Part shown: positions 1 to 15,024 of the stretch, piece by piece | Layout: each line of letters opens with the position of its first letter | How positions within the stretch are numbered: position 1 is the first letter of the stretch | NCBI GenBank assembly: GCA_013265495.1 | Contig: MU058213.1 | Coordinates: forward strand, 3,844,001-3,908,000 | Length of the DNA: 64,000 bases | Direction of reading: 5' to 3' | Source of the DNA: Vicugna vicugna | Taxonomy: Eukaryota | Position numbers and translations under genes: made by a program | Notes under the pieces: generated by a model | What the model was told of the DNA's origin: nothing | The model's database searches: none | The model's input: the letters and a program-made list of their open reading frames with translations, nothing else

Positions 1-1073
1 TAGGGCTAGAACACAATCAGATTTATAGTCAGGAAAAATGTAGTGAGGTTATCTCACTACACACTATAAGCATGTTTTGCCCCATTCTGACTACTAAAGT
101 GGTTATTCCTATTTTAAGCATTCCTCCTTAAATGTCAGCATTCCCACTGTTGATAGGATATAGTAGTATTCCTTAGAGGAATAAAGTGGTTGCTTTCAAA
201 CTGTTTTCAGTTTTTAGTCTAATTTAATTATAATTATCTTTCATTTAAATCACACCCCACCCCACTTTGGAGTTGATGTAGGCAGGAAAGAGTAAGCAGT
301 ATTTTATTTTAATGCCTTATACACATCCATCATTGTTTGTTATGTTAGGAATGAGAAACGTATAACCTTTCAGGTAATATATTTAGATAATAGTTACAGA
401 CTTTGCTAGTTGCATTTGTAATTACATATTGTACTAAAAAATAAGTGTATTTATTACATCTTTTAGTTTTTGTCATTGTCCAAAGAGCAGGGAAATATTT
501 GAACAGAGAAACACAGTACTGGAGTAGAATGAGGGATTCATCATGTATTCTGCTCAGAGTCCTTGAATGGATATAACTTTTGCCACATTGAATTTTTGTT
601 TTCTCACTTTCATTTCTTGATATATCCAAAAGCTTTCAATCTTGGTGCTTCATTTTTAGCGCTTTCATTTCTATGTGGTCTTCTTAATGTGGAAGTTTGC
701 CTGATTTGAGACAAGTTTTTCTACCGGTTAAATAGATTTATGTTTTCATTTCTTACAAGCCTGATTTCCTTTGCATGTTACACAAGATGCAAGACTAATG
801 TAGTTGGGAAGCAGGAGTCAAATGAGATCATATAAAGGCACTGACATTCTTACGATTTTCCCTTAGAATTGACTTTCTTAAACGAGAATGAGTGAAAGGT
901 GAAACTAGATTGTCAGAGACCTTAGTTTTATACCATAGTTTTTAGAATTCTGTGCCTTGATTTTATAGAAATTTTGGACAACTCTGAAATGATTAATGAT
1001 CAGAAAGGCACTTGAATATATCCTAGTTTTGTGGGGTTTTTTCTATATGACTTATCTTTACTCATTTAACTAG

Positions 1074-1153
1074 AGAGATCAGCAAGAAGAAAGATCTAAG
1101 TCTATTTCAACACAAATTAAATCATATGAAGAGGAAGATGATTACAGTTTAAG
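1074..1153 (+). CDS. TEX9: TEX9 internal coding exon (RDQQEERSKSISTQIKSYEEEDDYSLR)
   Basis: tag| acceptor at 1071-73 and |gtaagt donor at 1154; 80 nt, phase 0->2. Resembles recalled human TEX9 [27 protein letters not shown]. Upstream exons lie outside the window. Confidence 0.9.
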
Positions 1154-1219
1154 GTAAGTAATTTAAATTCTCAAATACCTTAAACTTTTTTTTTTTTTTA
1201 CTGGATAAATGCTTGAAGA

Positions 1220-2812
1220 TTTTTTTTTTTAAATTAGGGTATAATTGATATACATTATATTAGTTTTAGATAGGTAGTATAATGATTCAATATTTGTATA
1301 TATTGTGAAATGATCACTACAATAAATCTAGTTAATCCATTACCATAGATAGTTACAGAATCTTTTTTCCTTGTGGTGAGGACTTTTTAGATCTACTCTT
1401 TTAGCAGCTTTGAAATATGCAGTACAGTATTATTAAGTATAGTCACCATGCTGTACATTACACCCCTATGACTATTTTATAATTGGGAGTTTGTACCTTT
1501 TGACTTCCTTCACCCATTTCACCTACTCCTAACTAATCAGCTTCTGGTAATCACTAATCTGTTCTCTGTATCTGCAAGCTTGCTTTTGCTAGTTTTTAGA
1601 TTCCACATACAAGTGAGATCGAGTAGTATTTATCTTTCTCTGACTTATTTCATTGAACATAATGCCCTCAAGGGCCATCCATGTTGTCACAAATGGCAAG
1701 ATTTCATTCTTTTTTATGGCTGAATAATATTCCTGTATATAGGTACATATCTCACTTTTTTTAACCTATTAATTTGTTGATGTACATTTAGATTGTTTTC
1801 ATATCTATTTTAAATAACATTGTAAATCATGTTGCAGTGAACGTCAGGGTACATATATATAAAAAAAATTTCTTTGGGTAAATACCCAAAAGTGGGTTTG
1901 CTGTATCATATAATAGCTCTGTTTTTAATTTTTGAGGAACCTCCATACTGTTTTCATAGTGGGTGCACCAAATTACATTCCACCCAACAATGTACAAGGG
2001 TCCCCTTTTCTCTGCAGTCTTGCCATCACTTGTTATCCCTTGTTTTTTTTTTTGATAATAGCCATTCTTACAGGTGTGAGGTGATACCTCACTGTGGTTT
2101 TGATTTGCATTTCTCTGATGATTAGTGATGTTGAGTATTTTTTCATGCGTCTGTTGGCCATCTGTGTGTCTTCTTTGGAAAATTCTCTCTTCAGATATTT
2201 TGCCTATTATTTAATCAGATAATTTTTTTAATTGAGCTTTGTGAGTTTTTAAAATATATTTTAGACAGTAATCCAAATCCTTTATCAGATATATGAGTTG
2301 CAAACATTTTCTCCCATTCAGTAAGTTACCTTTTCATTTTGTTGATGGTTTTCTTTGCTGTGCAGAAACTTTTTAGTTTGGTGTAGTCCCATGTGTTTAT
2401 TTTTGCTTTTGTTGCCTTTGTCTTTGGTGTCAAATCCAAAAAAATCATCACTGAAACTGATGTCAAGGAGCTTACCATATATGTTTTTCTTGCAGAATTT
2501 TTATGGTTTTAGCTTTGGCATTCAAATCTTTAATCCATTTTGAGTTAATTTTTGTGTGTGGTGTAAGATAGTGGTCCATTTTCTTTTTTTTTAAATGTGG
2601 CTGTTCAGTTTTCTTATCACCATTTATTGAAAAAAAGACTGTCCTTTCCGCATTGTATATTCTTGGCTCCTTTGTCATAAATTAATTGAGCATACATGAG
2701 TGCGTTTATTTCTGGGCTCTTTATTCTCTTCCATTGATCTATGTCTCTGTTTTTATGCCAACACCATACTGTTGTGATTACTATAGCTTTTATTATAGTT
2801 TGAAATCAGGGA
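1220..2812 (-). mobile_element. 5'-truncated L1 (L1MA9-like 3' end plus ORF2 C-terminus)
   Basis: Poly-T followed by antisense L1 3'UTR and ORF2 3' region; ORF 2472..2678(-) has the [18 protein letters not shown] motif of ORF2. Confidence 0.9.
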
Positions 2813-2924
2813 GAATACCATTTTGTTGGATAGTGTATGTGGACCTGTTATTATATAACATCTTTTTGCATGTAAGAATTAGGAATCAATAATTTGAAGA
2901 ATAATATAATATATAAAATACTAA

Positions 2925-3085
2925 TGTTTGGGGACTTAACACCAGTCAGACACACTGTAAATCTTTCAACTATACTTTATCTTGTTTAATTTTCAAGTAA
3001 ATATTACTGTCTTTATTTAAAAATGAGGAAACTGCAGCTTAAAGAAGTTCAGTAGCTTGCCCAAGGACCTATAGATGGTATGTGA
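2925..3085 (-). mobile_element. MIR fragment
   Basis: MIR core-like aatgaggaaactgcagcttaaagaagtt...gcttgcccaagg. Confidence 0.7.
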
Positions 3086-3309
3086 TTTTACTGCTATCCA
3101 AACTACAGTTGGTAAGATTTCTAAACCTGTCTTCACATAATAGATTACTTTTTTATTAAAATTCTATGTGAAGATTAGGTAAAAATAAATAAACTAGTAA
3201 AAAAATAAGATATATTAGATGACTTTTCCCTTGGATTTCTTGTGAAGTTTAGATACGTCAAGAAATTAGGGAACCAAAAAATACTTAGGAATAAATTTAA
3301 CAGGACAAG

Positions 3310-4990
3310 AACAGGATCTGTTTGAATAAAACTACAAAATCTTATAGCAGAGGCATTGGTGATCACCAAATCTTCATGTCTGTTGCTATGACAGAAGTCA
3401 AATTACTCTCTTCCAAGTCTAAGCAGAGTCAGCTTGAAACTTTCGCTGCCTCTTCCTCTGCTATGATAAGTGAAAATTTAGTTGGTGAAACCTCCCACTG
3501 GTAGACTGTGTACTCATGCAGAACATGTGGGGAAAAGGACCCTCTCTCCCTCTCTGTTGTTTTGAGTGTGTTAAGCCATTGAGATTTGGGGGTTAATATC
3601 CTAGCCTATCTTAACTAATATAGCAATTGGTACTGAGAGTCAGGTGCTGTATAACAAATAGTCCAGAAGTGTGACTTTAGCTTAGTAGTTAGGTGGTACC
3701 AGCAAAGAAACTGATTTGGAGGCTGGAAAGATAGAGGAATATTGTTCTGTAGTGGCAATAAATTCAGTAAGACTGTCACCTTTCATAAATTGGAAGGTTG
3801 AACAGGTGTCTGATGAACTCTAGGGGAAGAGGTTGGAAAACAGTGTTAGTAGTATGTGCTGTTAATATTAGCTGTATTTAGCATGGTATTACAAGAAAGA
3901 GACAAGCTTGGGAAAGAATTGGCTGTTTGGAAGCAAAAACGAAAAAGAATGTGGAAATTCTAGGAATTAGAGACCATGTAATATTGGAAAAGTCATCTGC
4001 TTCTAATTTTGATGAGGTCTGATTTACCTTTTTGTTTTTTCTTTTGTTACCTGTGCTTTTGGAGTCATTCATATCTAAGAATCCGTTGCTAAATCCAGGG
4101 TCATTTAAGATTTACCTCTGTTTTCTTCTAAGAGTTTTATAGTTTTAGCTCTTACATTACATCAGGTCTTTGATCTGAATTGAGTTAATTTTTTTATATG
4201 GTATGAGATAAGGGTCAACCTTCATTCTTTGGCATGTGGATATTTGTCTCAGCACCATTTATTTGAAAGACTATTCTTTCCTCCGTTGAATGGTCTTGGC
4301 ACCCTTGTCAGAAATCACCTGGCTAGAGGCTTATGACATGTTTTTATTTTTGGACTCTTAGTTCTATTCTACTGATCTGTGTATCAGTTCTTAGGCCAGT
4401 ACTGCACTGTCTTGATTACCTTGCTTTGTAGAGTTAGCTGCTTTTAGACCTCAAAAATTATGAGATAAAATCGATAAAATGTTTGAGGAACAAAAGCCTG
4501 TTAAAGCTCATCCTTGAGGCAAAGATCAGACTAAATGTAGTCTTCACAACTACTGATAAAACTTTCCAGTGGATTAAGGCTTTTCAGGCCAAGGATCATA
4601 TTAAATGGCACCTTATGAAACTATACAGTTGGGTACAATGGCTTAAGGCGAAGATCTAACTAAAGGTAATAGTCTCCTCATGGAAGCCTGACAGCCTCAG
4701 AGTAATCCATTTTTAAACGGAGGTTTTTTGGGGAGAAGGAGGGAGAAGGAGAGGTGTTCAGAGTAAACAGTCTTGAAAAGAACTCTTGAGTGTGTTAATG
4801 GCACATAGAACTGATTGGAATCAATATATAAGAAACCCAGGAGTTTTTGAGAGAGTTGTATCAACAAAGAAACTTTAAGAGTAATGGACTAAAACAGTTA
4901 GTGATTGTTTAAATCTTAAAATAGCTATTAGTCCTCTCAGTTTTCTAAGATGAAGCAGCCTGTGAGAGTTGCACACCCGTAAGAGAGTAT
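3310..4990 (+). mobile_element. MaLR MLT1-type LTR plus internal sequence, interrupted by an L1 fragment (~4010-4430, minus)
   Basis: LTR 3' end ttaagccattgagatttgggg...taactaatata, followed by the MLT-internal-like start aattggtactgagagt. Boundaries approximate. Confidence 0.65.
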
Positions 4991-5099
4991 AATGTTTAAA
5001 CACCTTAGAGGCCTTGGAAACAAAAAAGAAATGTTACTTAAGTGGCAGTATATTTGACTCATATTTGAAACATAGGGACATTACTCACTTACTCAAAAA

Positions 5100-5643
5100 C
5101 AATTATTGCATACAATCCAGCAATTTCCCTCCGGCTGTATACCCAAGAAAAATAAAGACATAAGTCCAAACAAAAACCTGCATGCAAGTGTTTCTAGCAG
5201 TTTTATTCCTAATTGCCAAAAATTGAGAACAACTCAAACATTCATCAAATGGTGAATGGATAAACAAATTGTGGTATATCCATACAACTGAACACTACTT
5301 GGCAATTAAAAATGATAAACTACTGATACAGCAACCACATAGATGCTGAGTGAAAGAAGCCAGATGGATAATATATATCCTGTATGATTTCATTTATTTG
5401 ACATTCTGGAAAAGGTAAAACTAGAGGGACTGTAATTGGATTAGTGGTTTTGTGGGACTTGGGGGAGGGATTAACTACAGAGGGGCAGAAGGGAATTTTT
5501 TGGGATGATGGAAATATTCTCTGTCTTGGTTGTTGTGGTGGTTACATGACCATATAAGTTAGTAAAAATTTATAGAAATGTACACTTAAAAAGGATTTAT
5601 TTTACTATGTGTAAATTATTATCTCAGTAAACCTGAAAAAAAA
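5100..5643 (+). mobile_element. Old L1 3' end (L1MB/MC-like) inserted in an L2 tail
   Basis: ccagcaatttcc...ggtgaatggataaacaaattgtggtatatccatac, ending in aaacctgaaaaaaaa; flanks resemble an L2 3' end. Confidence 0.8.
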
Positions 5644-6878
5644 TTTTTTTGAGTACTATTAGTGCCAGGTCAAAATAAATTTTAAACACAGTAGTGTACT
5701 GGTGGTACAATGGTGAGTGAACAGACCAGGTCCTCCTCCCAAGGAGTTAATGCCTCGTGTGTTGCTTTGTAGTCAGTAAACAAAAAGATTGAAATGATGG
5801 TAACAACTGCTAATCCCTGGTTTCTGTTGAAGCAAGTGAGAGACTGATTTTACAAGCATGGAAATAAATCTGTTGATTTTCTTTTACTAAATTTTCCTTA
5901 AGTGCAAAATGGTGATGACACCTCTGTTTACCTAGATCCGGTGGCCTTTTTTTTTTTTTTTTTTTAAATGTTACTGTTTGAACAGATGGCTTTTACCATG
6001 TGAAACATGGCACTTGACTATTGGGAATTGCTGAAGATGGAAGGTAATCCTGTAAAGAAACAATCCATTTTAAGATGGAACAATGATAATTGACCTAAGT
6101 GATTATAGTCAGGCAGTATTTATTGTAATAGGTCTTCAACATCCAGGGTTACTCTAGGAATATAATAGGGAAACCAGGCTTCAGTTTCTCGATAGTACAG
6201 CATAAGTGTCCTTCAGTCTGCTGGAAGAAAGGTTTACCACACAAATTATTTTAATCATATTACAAACTTCCATGGAGAAGTTTAACAAAAATAATCTGAA
6301 TACTGTGTTTTAGTTCATTTTTCATGGAAATACACTAACAAAGTAATAGCACTCTGCTAAACCTGAGGGAGACAGAACTGTTAAATGTCTATTGGTATGG
6401 ATGTGTAGATGGTGGTGGGGTGGGGGAGTTGGAAGATGCAGAAAATGTAAGGAAATGGCAAATATTAATGTAAGATGAGTGTGATTAAAGAGGACAATTA
6501 AAATGTGTGTAAAATTTGGAAACTTGTCATATGTGACAATGATTCTTTAGTCTCAGTAATTTTAAGACATATTGAAAGCCTCTTTTTCCCTCCCAGAGTG
6601 ATTTGTAATTCTTTAAGAGGCTGTATTTAATACCTATCTTAAATGTATCTTTGTGTTTAATATTGGAAAAAAAAACCCTATGTATATCTAGTAGGCATAG
6701 GTGGCATCTGATGGAAAGTAATTTTGTTTTTATGTTCTCTACTTTGGTTAGGAATTCTCAGTGCATATGATAGAGTTTTTGGATTCTTTTTCCCCCAAAG
6801 CAATGATAGATTATGGACTGACGTGGTAGATTTTTAGAAATTTTAATACATGTGTTGGGGATGATCTAGAAAATTGAC

Positions 6879-7010
6879 CGGGGGTAGGCAGACTTTTCCT
6901 ATAAAGAACCAAATGGTGAGTATTTTTGGATTTGTGGGCTCTGCAGTCTTCATTGCAACTATAACTTTGTTGCTGTAGTGCAAAAGCAACTGTGGACAGT
7001 GCAGACCCCC
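6879..7010 (+). mobile_element. MER58-like hAT-Charlie MITE (internally deleted)
   Basis: Termini ggggtaggcagact and tgcagacccc; typical MER58 internal sequence. Confidence 0.7.
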
Positions 7011-7617
7011 ATAAACATTCCTTGTTTTAAACTACAAATGTATTTTGAAAACTTTTTGCATAAAAGTGAATTGTGTTTTAGATATGCTTATATATTTAGC
7101 AAATATTTATTTAGTGCCAATTTAAGAGCTGTGTGCCAGGTACTATGCCAAGTACTAAGCATAGAGCAGTGAACAAGGCAGACATGTTTCCTACTTTTGT
7201 GGAGTTCGTAATGTGATGGGGAAAACACACACTGACCAAGTGTTTAAATGCATAAGACAAAGGATAACATTTGAGTAGCCTCAATAAAAAGCCATGTGGT
7301 GAATCATTTTGTAAAATAGATCCCTGTGTGTAGCCAATAATCATTCCCTATGATTACCATTCATTAAAATTAGTGCTACATTTTCCTACAAAAATATTGG
7401 CATTATAGTATATCTTCTCAAAGGCAAATTATGTAATCAAAGCACTTTTCTGGTTTGTGACACGTTCAAAATAAATTAACATATGCGTAATTAGAATTAT
7501 AGTGAAGTCTATTTGATAGTTATGTATTTTTCCTTCCAAACATAATTGCTGTTGAGTTTTGTTATGTCTCAGTTTATATCACCTTTTATTAATATGATCT
7601 TTATTTTTTATCTGTAG

Positions 7618-7666
7618 AGGTCCATTATTGTCTGAAGGGACAGTTCATTTACATTCAGAAACTAAG
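7618..7666 (+). CDS. TEX9: TEX9 coding exon (GPLLSEGTVHLHSETK)
   Basis: tctgtag| and |gtatga; 49 nt, phase 2->0; matches recalled human GLLPSEGIVHLHSETK. Confidence 0.9.
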
Positions 7667-8466
7667 GTATGAAATCAAACTTTTTGTGAATGTAATTACA
7701 TTCTGTAGAATTTAGGTTGTTTTTTAGACTTTTGTTAGACAAAACAGAGAAGGAGTATGACTCTAGAAATAGACTATGAGTCTTGCTATTCAGAAGAGAT
7801 GCCTTTATGAAATGTTGCTCATAAAATAAATTGAATCCTTTTTTGTCTCATAATTTCCCTAAACAATTTGGAGATTCATTGGAAAAAATTCTGAGTGAAA
7901 TTATCTGTTATCTAAGAATTTTTAGTTTTCTCTCTGAAGCCCAAATTTACTAGATAGAAGATCTGAAAAAGAAAAGTATTCATATATAAAGGTGATTTGG
8001 AAGGTTCATTCATTCAAATATTGAATATTAAATATTCATCAAATATGTTAAACAGTGTAGAGATCTCTGCTGCAGGTGCGGGGCCTGCTTGGATGTATGA
8101 GTTCCCCACCCATGGGAGTGTAGACCCAGGGCACAGTTTACGTGGAGGCCTGTCTGAAGAACAGTCAGTGAGGAGAGTAAAACTCTGTGAATTGGAACAT
8201 CCCCTTGAACCTTCCACTAGCTAGCTGAATATCCTTGAATCTGTGGGACTCGTTTTCTTATATTTGCATCACTTAGTCCTAGTGATAACTAGGTCTTCTC
8301 CAGCTAAACAGTTCTGGATTCCTTCAAATACAGTTTGGTTAATTCTGTGACAGTAGCAGTTCTTCTGCGTAGCAAACTAGCAGTTCTGTGTACCATGAAA
8401 TTGCTTTCCTTGGCAAGGGATTAGAATCTAATTAATTAATCAGCAGTTTAAATTCTTTCCATGTAG

Positions 8467-8546
8467 CCAAAGACCAAAAACGATACAATAAACAAAGGTC
8501 AAAACAAACTACACTCTTCAAGTAAAGGAAAGAAAAAAAATTCAAG
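8467..8546 (+). CDS. TEX9: TEX9 coding exon (PKTKNDTINKGQNKLHSSSKGKKKNSS)
   Basis: atgtag| and |gtatag; 80 nt, phase 0->2; similar to recalled human [28 protein letters not shown]. Confidence 0.88.
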
Positions 8547-9404
8547 GTATAGTACAGTTTTAAAATTATTACTTTTTTTAGTTTTATAATTCACAGTACC
8601 ATTGTTTTTAATTATTAAGCTCTTTCTGTTTCTCCAGATCTTTTTATACCCAAAATATACAAACTTATACCATACATATCTTATCCAATTTAATAATTTA
8701 AAATATTTTCTACTCAGAAATGTCTTGCAGCAGTTAATGAACATTTTGTATTGTTCTCATAAGCAAAATTGCCACATTTCAAATTTTTTAAATGTTATTT
8801 TTAGTTCAGTATTTTCTTAGAACTGAGACTAGAACCTTGATATCTTTCTTTGCCTAGTTCTCTTAAATAGATTAAACAGTCGTACACTTTTTGAACACCA
8901 TGCATTATTGTGTATATTGAGATAGAGAATGATTTTGGCATGCTCTAAGACTATGGTATAGTTATAATTTACATTCTGTTTTTGGTGTTAAAGAATTCAG
9001 GAATGTGTTTAGTATTTTAAGCATAAAAGGGGGACTTAAGAGGCTCTTTAGGATGGATAGTAGACCTAGAAAAGGAGGATCACACCTACAGTGGATTGTA
9101 CCAATCAGCTTCTTATTCACAGTAAATTACTAAATTTATATGTCTATTGCGTACCCAGATTGATAAGTGCATTATGATTCTGGAAAAAAATCTTTGTTAA
9201 TTCTTGTGTCTTTTAATTGGCTAAATAACATATTTGTTTTTTGAATAAAAGAGAAAAAATAGAGTGAAAGGATAAAGAGGAAAAATCTAAAATTGATAGA
9301 AGGAAATTGAACGTACACTACATACATGAGTACATGCACATACATAACTGGAAAGAGTTATCTTATTTTCAGACTTCAAGCTTACATTTTAAATAAAAGG
9401 ATTG

Positions 9405-9488
9405 CGGGGAGGGTATAGCTCATGCTTAGCATGCATAAGGTCCTGGGTTCAACCCTCAGTACCTCCTCTAAAAATAAATAAATTACCT
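9405..9488 (+). mobile_element. tRNA-derived SINE, camelid vic-1-like, with internal deletion
   Basis: ggggagggtatagctca..tgcttagcatgcataaggtcctgggttcaacc, A-rich tail, TSD taaataaaagg(a)ttg at 9390-9404 and 9489-9502. Confidence 0.85.
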
Positions 9489-9799
9489 TAAATAAAAGGT
9501 TGTTTTTCCAAAAAAAGTTCTAAAGCCTTTGCTTATGTATTAAATGTGAGTTAGGCTTTAAAGTAAGTAAAAAGTTAAAACTAAGACGTTTGGAAACAAA
9601 CTTGATGGGTTAGGCCTGGCCCATATCTCAAGCCTTTTGAAGTGACTTTTATTTCATATTTCTTCTTTCTTAAAAAATATCAACTTTTTAGTATACTTTG
9701 ACCCTGCTTAGAACTAGTGTTTCTTTCGGTGGAAAAAATGTAGAGTTTGAGCTAAGAACTGTTGACTCTGTAATTCTTTCTCAAGAGATATTATTTTTC

Positions 9800-10202
9800 A
9801 TTGTTTGCAGAATTATGGCTAGAACGGTACCAGTTCTTACAGTTCTTCTCCAGTGGCATGTAAAATTAAAAGCCACAGGCTGGATTTGACCTAGGAGAAC
9901 AAGTTCAATACTCTTAGTTTTAATGTTCGCTTGTTTTGGAAGTATTGGGCTAAAGCAAGATTGGGGTTTTTTCAGCATCAGTAGATAACTGCACAATGGC
10001 AAGGCAGAGAGAACTCATTTATAGATGGGAAAGGAAGGTGGGAGGGCTAGAGTATACAAAGACTTTCCATTAGCTGAGTTGTTTGCCAGGGCGGAAGAGG
10101 AGTCTACATGCTTTTGGGCTCTGCTGGTGTCACAGGGTGTGTGAGCTCCCCCTTCTGGTCCTCTGACTGTTTAATTGAGGTTTTTATTTATTAATTTTTT
10201 AT
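9800..10202 (-). mobile_element. ERV1-like solo LTR (family not resolved)
   Basis: Minus strand begins tataaaaaattaataaataaaaacctcaattaaacagtcagaggaccagaagggggagctc, resembling laurasiatherian ERV1 LTR 5' ends as I recall them. Left boundary uncertain. Confidence 0.45.
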
Positions 10203-10418
10203 ATTGGCAATGTCTAGACTAACTGGCATCATAAAGCCTTCTCTAGCTCTGTGGTTCTGTGATTCATAAAGATTGAAAGTCTGCTAAGTGTCTTGTAGTA
10301 TAAGCCCTTAAAAGTATCAATTGTAGATTTCATCATAAATTTAAAATTTACAGTAATTTTCATCTGCTTTGTTTTTGGATAATAGTCATCTTGGAGTCTT
10401 AGCTCCTTTTTATATTAA

Positions 10419-10918
<500 letters not shown>

Positions 10919-13085
10919 GAGGCTATCTAGTTTTGGTTTCATTGACCACTTTGCAACTCAGGTTAAGTGGCCCATAGCTTATCATGCAAACACTGAAATA
11001 CTTTTTTAAAAACCAGATTTCTTTGAGTTCCTTTCATTTCATATTACTATATTCTACTTATTGCTGTGTTAAATCAACACATATTAAAGGATAACTGAAT
11101 TATTAATGTAGCATCAGATAAAATAAACAAGTTTTCTAATTAATAATCTTTCTTATAAACTCATTCTCTGTATACCACTAGAAAAAAAATACTAAATTTA
11201 GATCATCTAAAAACATTGTTAGTTACCAGTGAGACCTCTGAAATTATTGAATTATGAGGAGCCACCTATGCTAATGTAAACCAAAAATAAGACAGTTGAG
11301 TATGTATGAACATAGTTAATGCTGAACTCTAATTAATTGTGAGTTCAGGCAAACCACTTAGCCCCTCTGTAATAGCATAGCAATTTCTTTGAAAATACAG
11401 CAGTTTGTATTAGATGATCCAGAAGTTTATCTTTAAAGTTTTCTGATTCTATGAGGATCATAATAATTTACATGTGTAGTGATTATTGTGCTGCATGCTA
11501 GTCATAAATAAACAATTCATTTATGCCTTTGTTACATTTACTGACCTATGTAAGCCTTCTGGGGGCTAATTGTTAGGAGCGAAGGTAAGTGAAAACGAAA
11601 GTTACCTTTATGCCTCTGTTAAGATGCCTTCAAGGACACAATGGTCAGATGTTGGCTGTTTTTCAGTACAGTCACGCATGGCCTTGTTACAGAGCTCCTC
11701 CTCCCAGGTACAAGGAATGAGCACAGACTGCCTTAAATTGCTGCTTTTTTTCTTTTCGCTGAATTGCCACTTTGCACCCCTCTCTTCTCTTTTCAGAATC
11801 TTTGGCTTAGGTATCTCCCCTTTTAGGGGAGTTTTCACTTACTCCACATGATTGCCCAGAATGACTGGGTTATATATGCAGGAGCAAAGAACAAAAATGT
11901 AATTTAGTAGCACAGACTGCTTTGTAAAACAGAGATTGGAGTGGGAGGGGAGAGGAGGTTAATGCTGTGGACCTCTAGAGACTCAGCTCCTTACTGGTAG
12001 AACTGAGATTAGAGTTGTGACAAGTTGTGCTCTCCCATTGTTTCTTCCTTCTTTTCCCCTAGAGACCAAATGCTGCAAACTTAACGCTTCTAAGTTTATC
12101 ATTTCCTTTCTATCCCCTGCTAACCTAGAGTTAGTTGCATCAGGGGCTAGAAGGATTGCTGAGGCTAGAGAAATCTAGGTGGGTTGGAGCCAACCATAGT
12201 TGATCAGCTCTGTGGTGACACAGGGGGCACTTCAGAAGGAGAGCTTTGAAACAGGAAGTGTGTATGGAGATTTTTATGCTCTGCAGGATTTATGCTGACA
12301 ACTTCTCAGAGACTCTTCAGAGTTGTTTATTCTAGATAAGCTCCATGAAAGCAAAGTTTGTATTATAATGTCCGTATTATGCCTGGAACATCTTTTAAAT
12401 GACTGAATGAATTATGAGTGAGTTCTAAGTTCAGTTTTCACTTTATTTACTTTTATAGGCCTAAAAACCGCAAAGATTTACTTACACTATAGAATAAAGA
12501 AGTTTTGCTAGCAAGGAAGTACCAAAAGTAGAGCTTAATGAGGGTTTGTGGGAGCAAGCTTTGGCAGTAAGGTATTAGTGTATTTTTTTTTTTTGCTTCT
12601 GAGACATAAACACTACCTTTTAACTTCTGTGAAATCAGAGTGTATGTTACAGTCAGTGGCATTTTATAATCACAGTGGCTGATTTTGAGGTTGAGTTTTG
12701 CTAGGGAGGATTTGTGTTTGCCTCTGTCAAACACTTGGGGGCATTACCAACCTGAGACCGCGTTAAATTCTGTTTGAGGTGTTTTGGACCACCTTGGTAA
12801 GTATGAATTCAGTCTGCAAACTTCAGTGAGCACTGATGTGTGGTTCCCATTCTCAGGGAAGCTTTTTGGTTTTTTCCCCCTTTCTTTACTTGGCTCCGGT
12901 GTTGAGATGTGAACAATTCCTTTCTGTTGGGTGGATTTTTCATTTACCTTTACATTAAGGGTATTTAGTGCCTTTAATATTCCCAAACAGGAATCTCCTA
13001 TTAGACTCCCATCCTGAGCACTTTTTCCATGATAAAATAGTGGTCTTACAATTGATGGCATCTTAGATTCAGTGAAAGACAATAA

Positions 13086-13199
<114 letters not shown>

Positions 13200-13615
13200 T
13201 AAAACCTCTCAAAATAAATGCTGTAATGTTCAAAGATATTTTAGGAGCAGTTTTCAGTTTTATTTTAAAAATAGCTTCATTGAGGTATAATTCACAGTTA
13301 AATTTTAAATTCAAAAATCATAAATATTGCAGTTTATTCTGTTCTGAGATGTTGAATTATCATAGAGCTGAAGAATTTTAAATACTTGTTAGCAATTAGA
13401 ATGCACTATATTAGACTTAAGTGTAAGCTATTAAACTCAAATATAACATCTGTCTTCCTTTTTTGAGGATGCAAATGGAAGGTAATTTGATTTTCTTGGT
13501 GAAATGGGTATAAATATCTCATCAAAGATTGTATGAAGTTCCTTTATGTTTTCTGCTTTATGTTTGGTGCCAAATCTTGTGTTTTTTCACATAGTCTATA
13601 ATTCTATAACTATAG

Positions 13616-13816
<201 letters not shown>

Positions 13817-13929
13817 TAATGCCAAAGATGAACTAAAACTAAAGTTACATGTTTGCATAGACACCGCTTTTCATTGTTTAGTTGTTTTGTTAGTATTTAC
13901 TAAAAGCTCTTCCCCCATTAATAGGAGAG

Positions 13930-14985
13930 TGTTTTTTAATAGCTTTATTGGGGTATAATTCACATACAGTATCTCTCACTCTTTAAACTGTACCTTTCAG
14001 TGACTTTTTGTATATTCATAGAGTTGTGCACCTGTCACCACTATCAGTTTTAAAACATTTTCATCACCCCAAAACATACCTCATATCCTTTAGCCACAGT
14101 ACCTCCACCCTGTTTCCCCAGTCCCCTCCAGCCCTAGGTAACTTCTCATGTCTTTTCTGTATTGATAGATTTGCCTATTCTGGACATTTCTGGATATGTG
14201 GAATCGTATAGCATGTGGTATTTAGTAACCGGCATTTTTCACTTAACCAAATGTTTTTAAGGTTCATCCACATTGTAGTATGTATCACTACTTCATTGCT
14301 TTTTATACAGTAATATTCCTTTTTATAGAGCATATGAATGTAACACATTTTATTTATCTGTTATCAGTTGATGGACATTTGGGTTGTTTCTACTTTTTGG
14401 CTGTTTTGAATAATGCTACAGTGAACATTCATGTACAGGTTTTTACGTGGACATTTGTTTTCGTTTTTATTGGGTATCTACCTAGGAGTGGAATTGCTGG
14501 GTTAAAACCTTATGTTTAACCTTTTGAGGAGCTGCAGACTGTTTTCCAGACCAGCTACCCCATTTTTACATTTCTGCCAGCAGTGTATAAGGGTTCCAGT
14601 TTCTCCACATGTTAGACTGGGGGTACCAGTCCCCCACACATACTGAGGGATGACTATACATTTCTATGAGTTTTGACAATTGCATAGTCACATAACCATC
14701 CCTACAGCTGAGATACAGAACACTCATCATCCCAAAAAAGTTCCTTGTGAATTTAGTCAAGTCCTCTCCCTATTCCCAGCCTCAGGCAGTCACTGACCTG
14801 TTTTTGATTCTTATATTTTGGCTTTTTCCAGAATGTCATATAAATAGAATGACACAGTAGCCTTTTGAGTCTAGTTTTTTCATTTAGCATATAGTGTTTG
14901 AGATTCATCCACTTTGTGGCCTTTTCCGTTTTATTGCTGATTGTCACTTTGAATGAAAAAACCACATTTTGTTTACCTACTTATC
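13930..14985 (-). mobile_element. Two old L1 3' ends (L1MB/ME) with a MER2/Tigger terminal fragment at ~14625-14658
   Basis: tttttaatagctttattggggtataattcacatac; Tigger-like end ccccacacatactgagggatgacta. Confidence 0.75.
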
Positions 14986-15024
14986 TGGAAAGAAAAATTA
15001 ATTATAGCATCTAATAGTTTAAGT

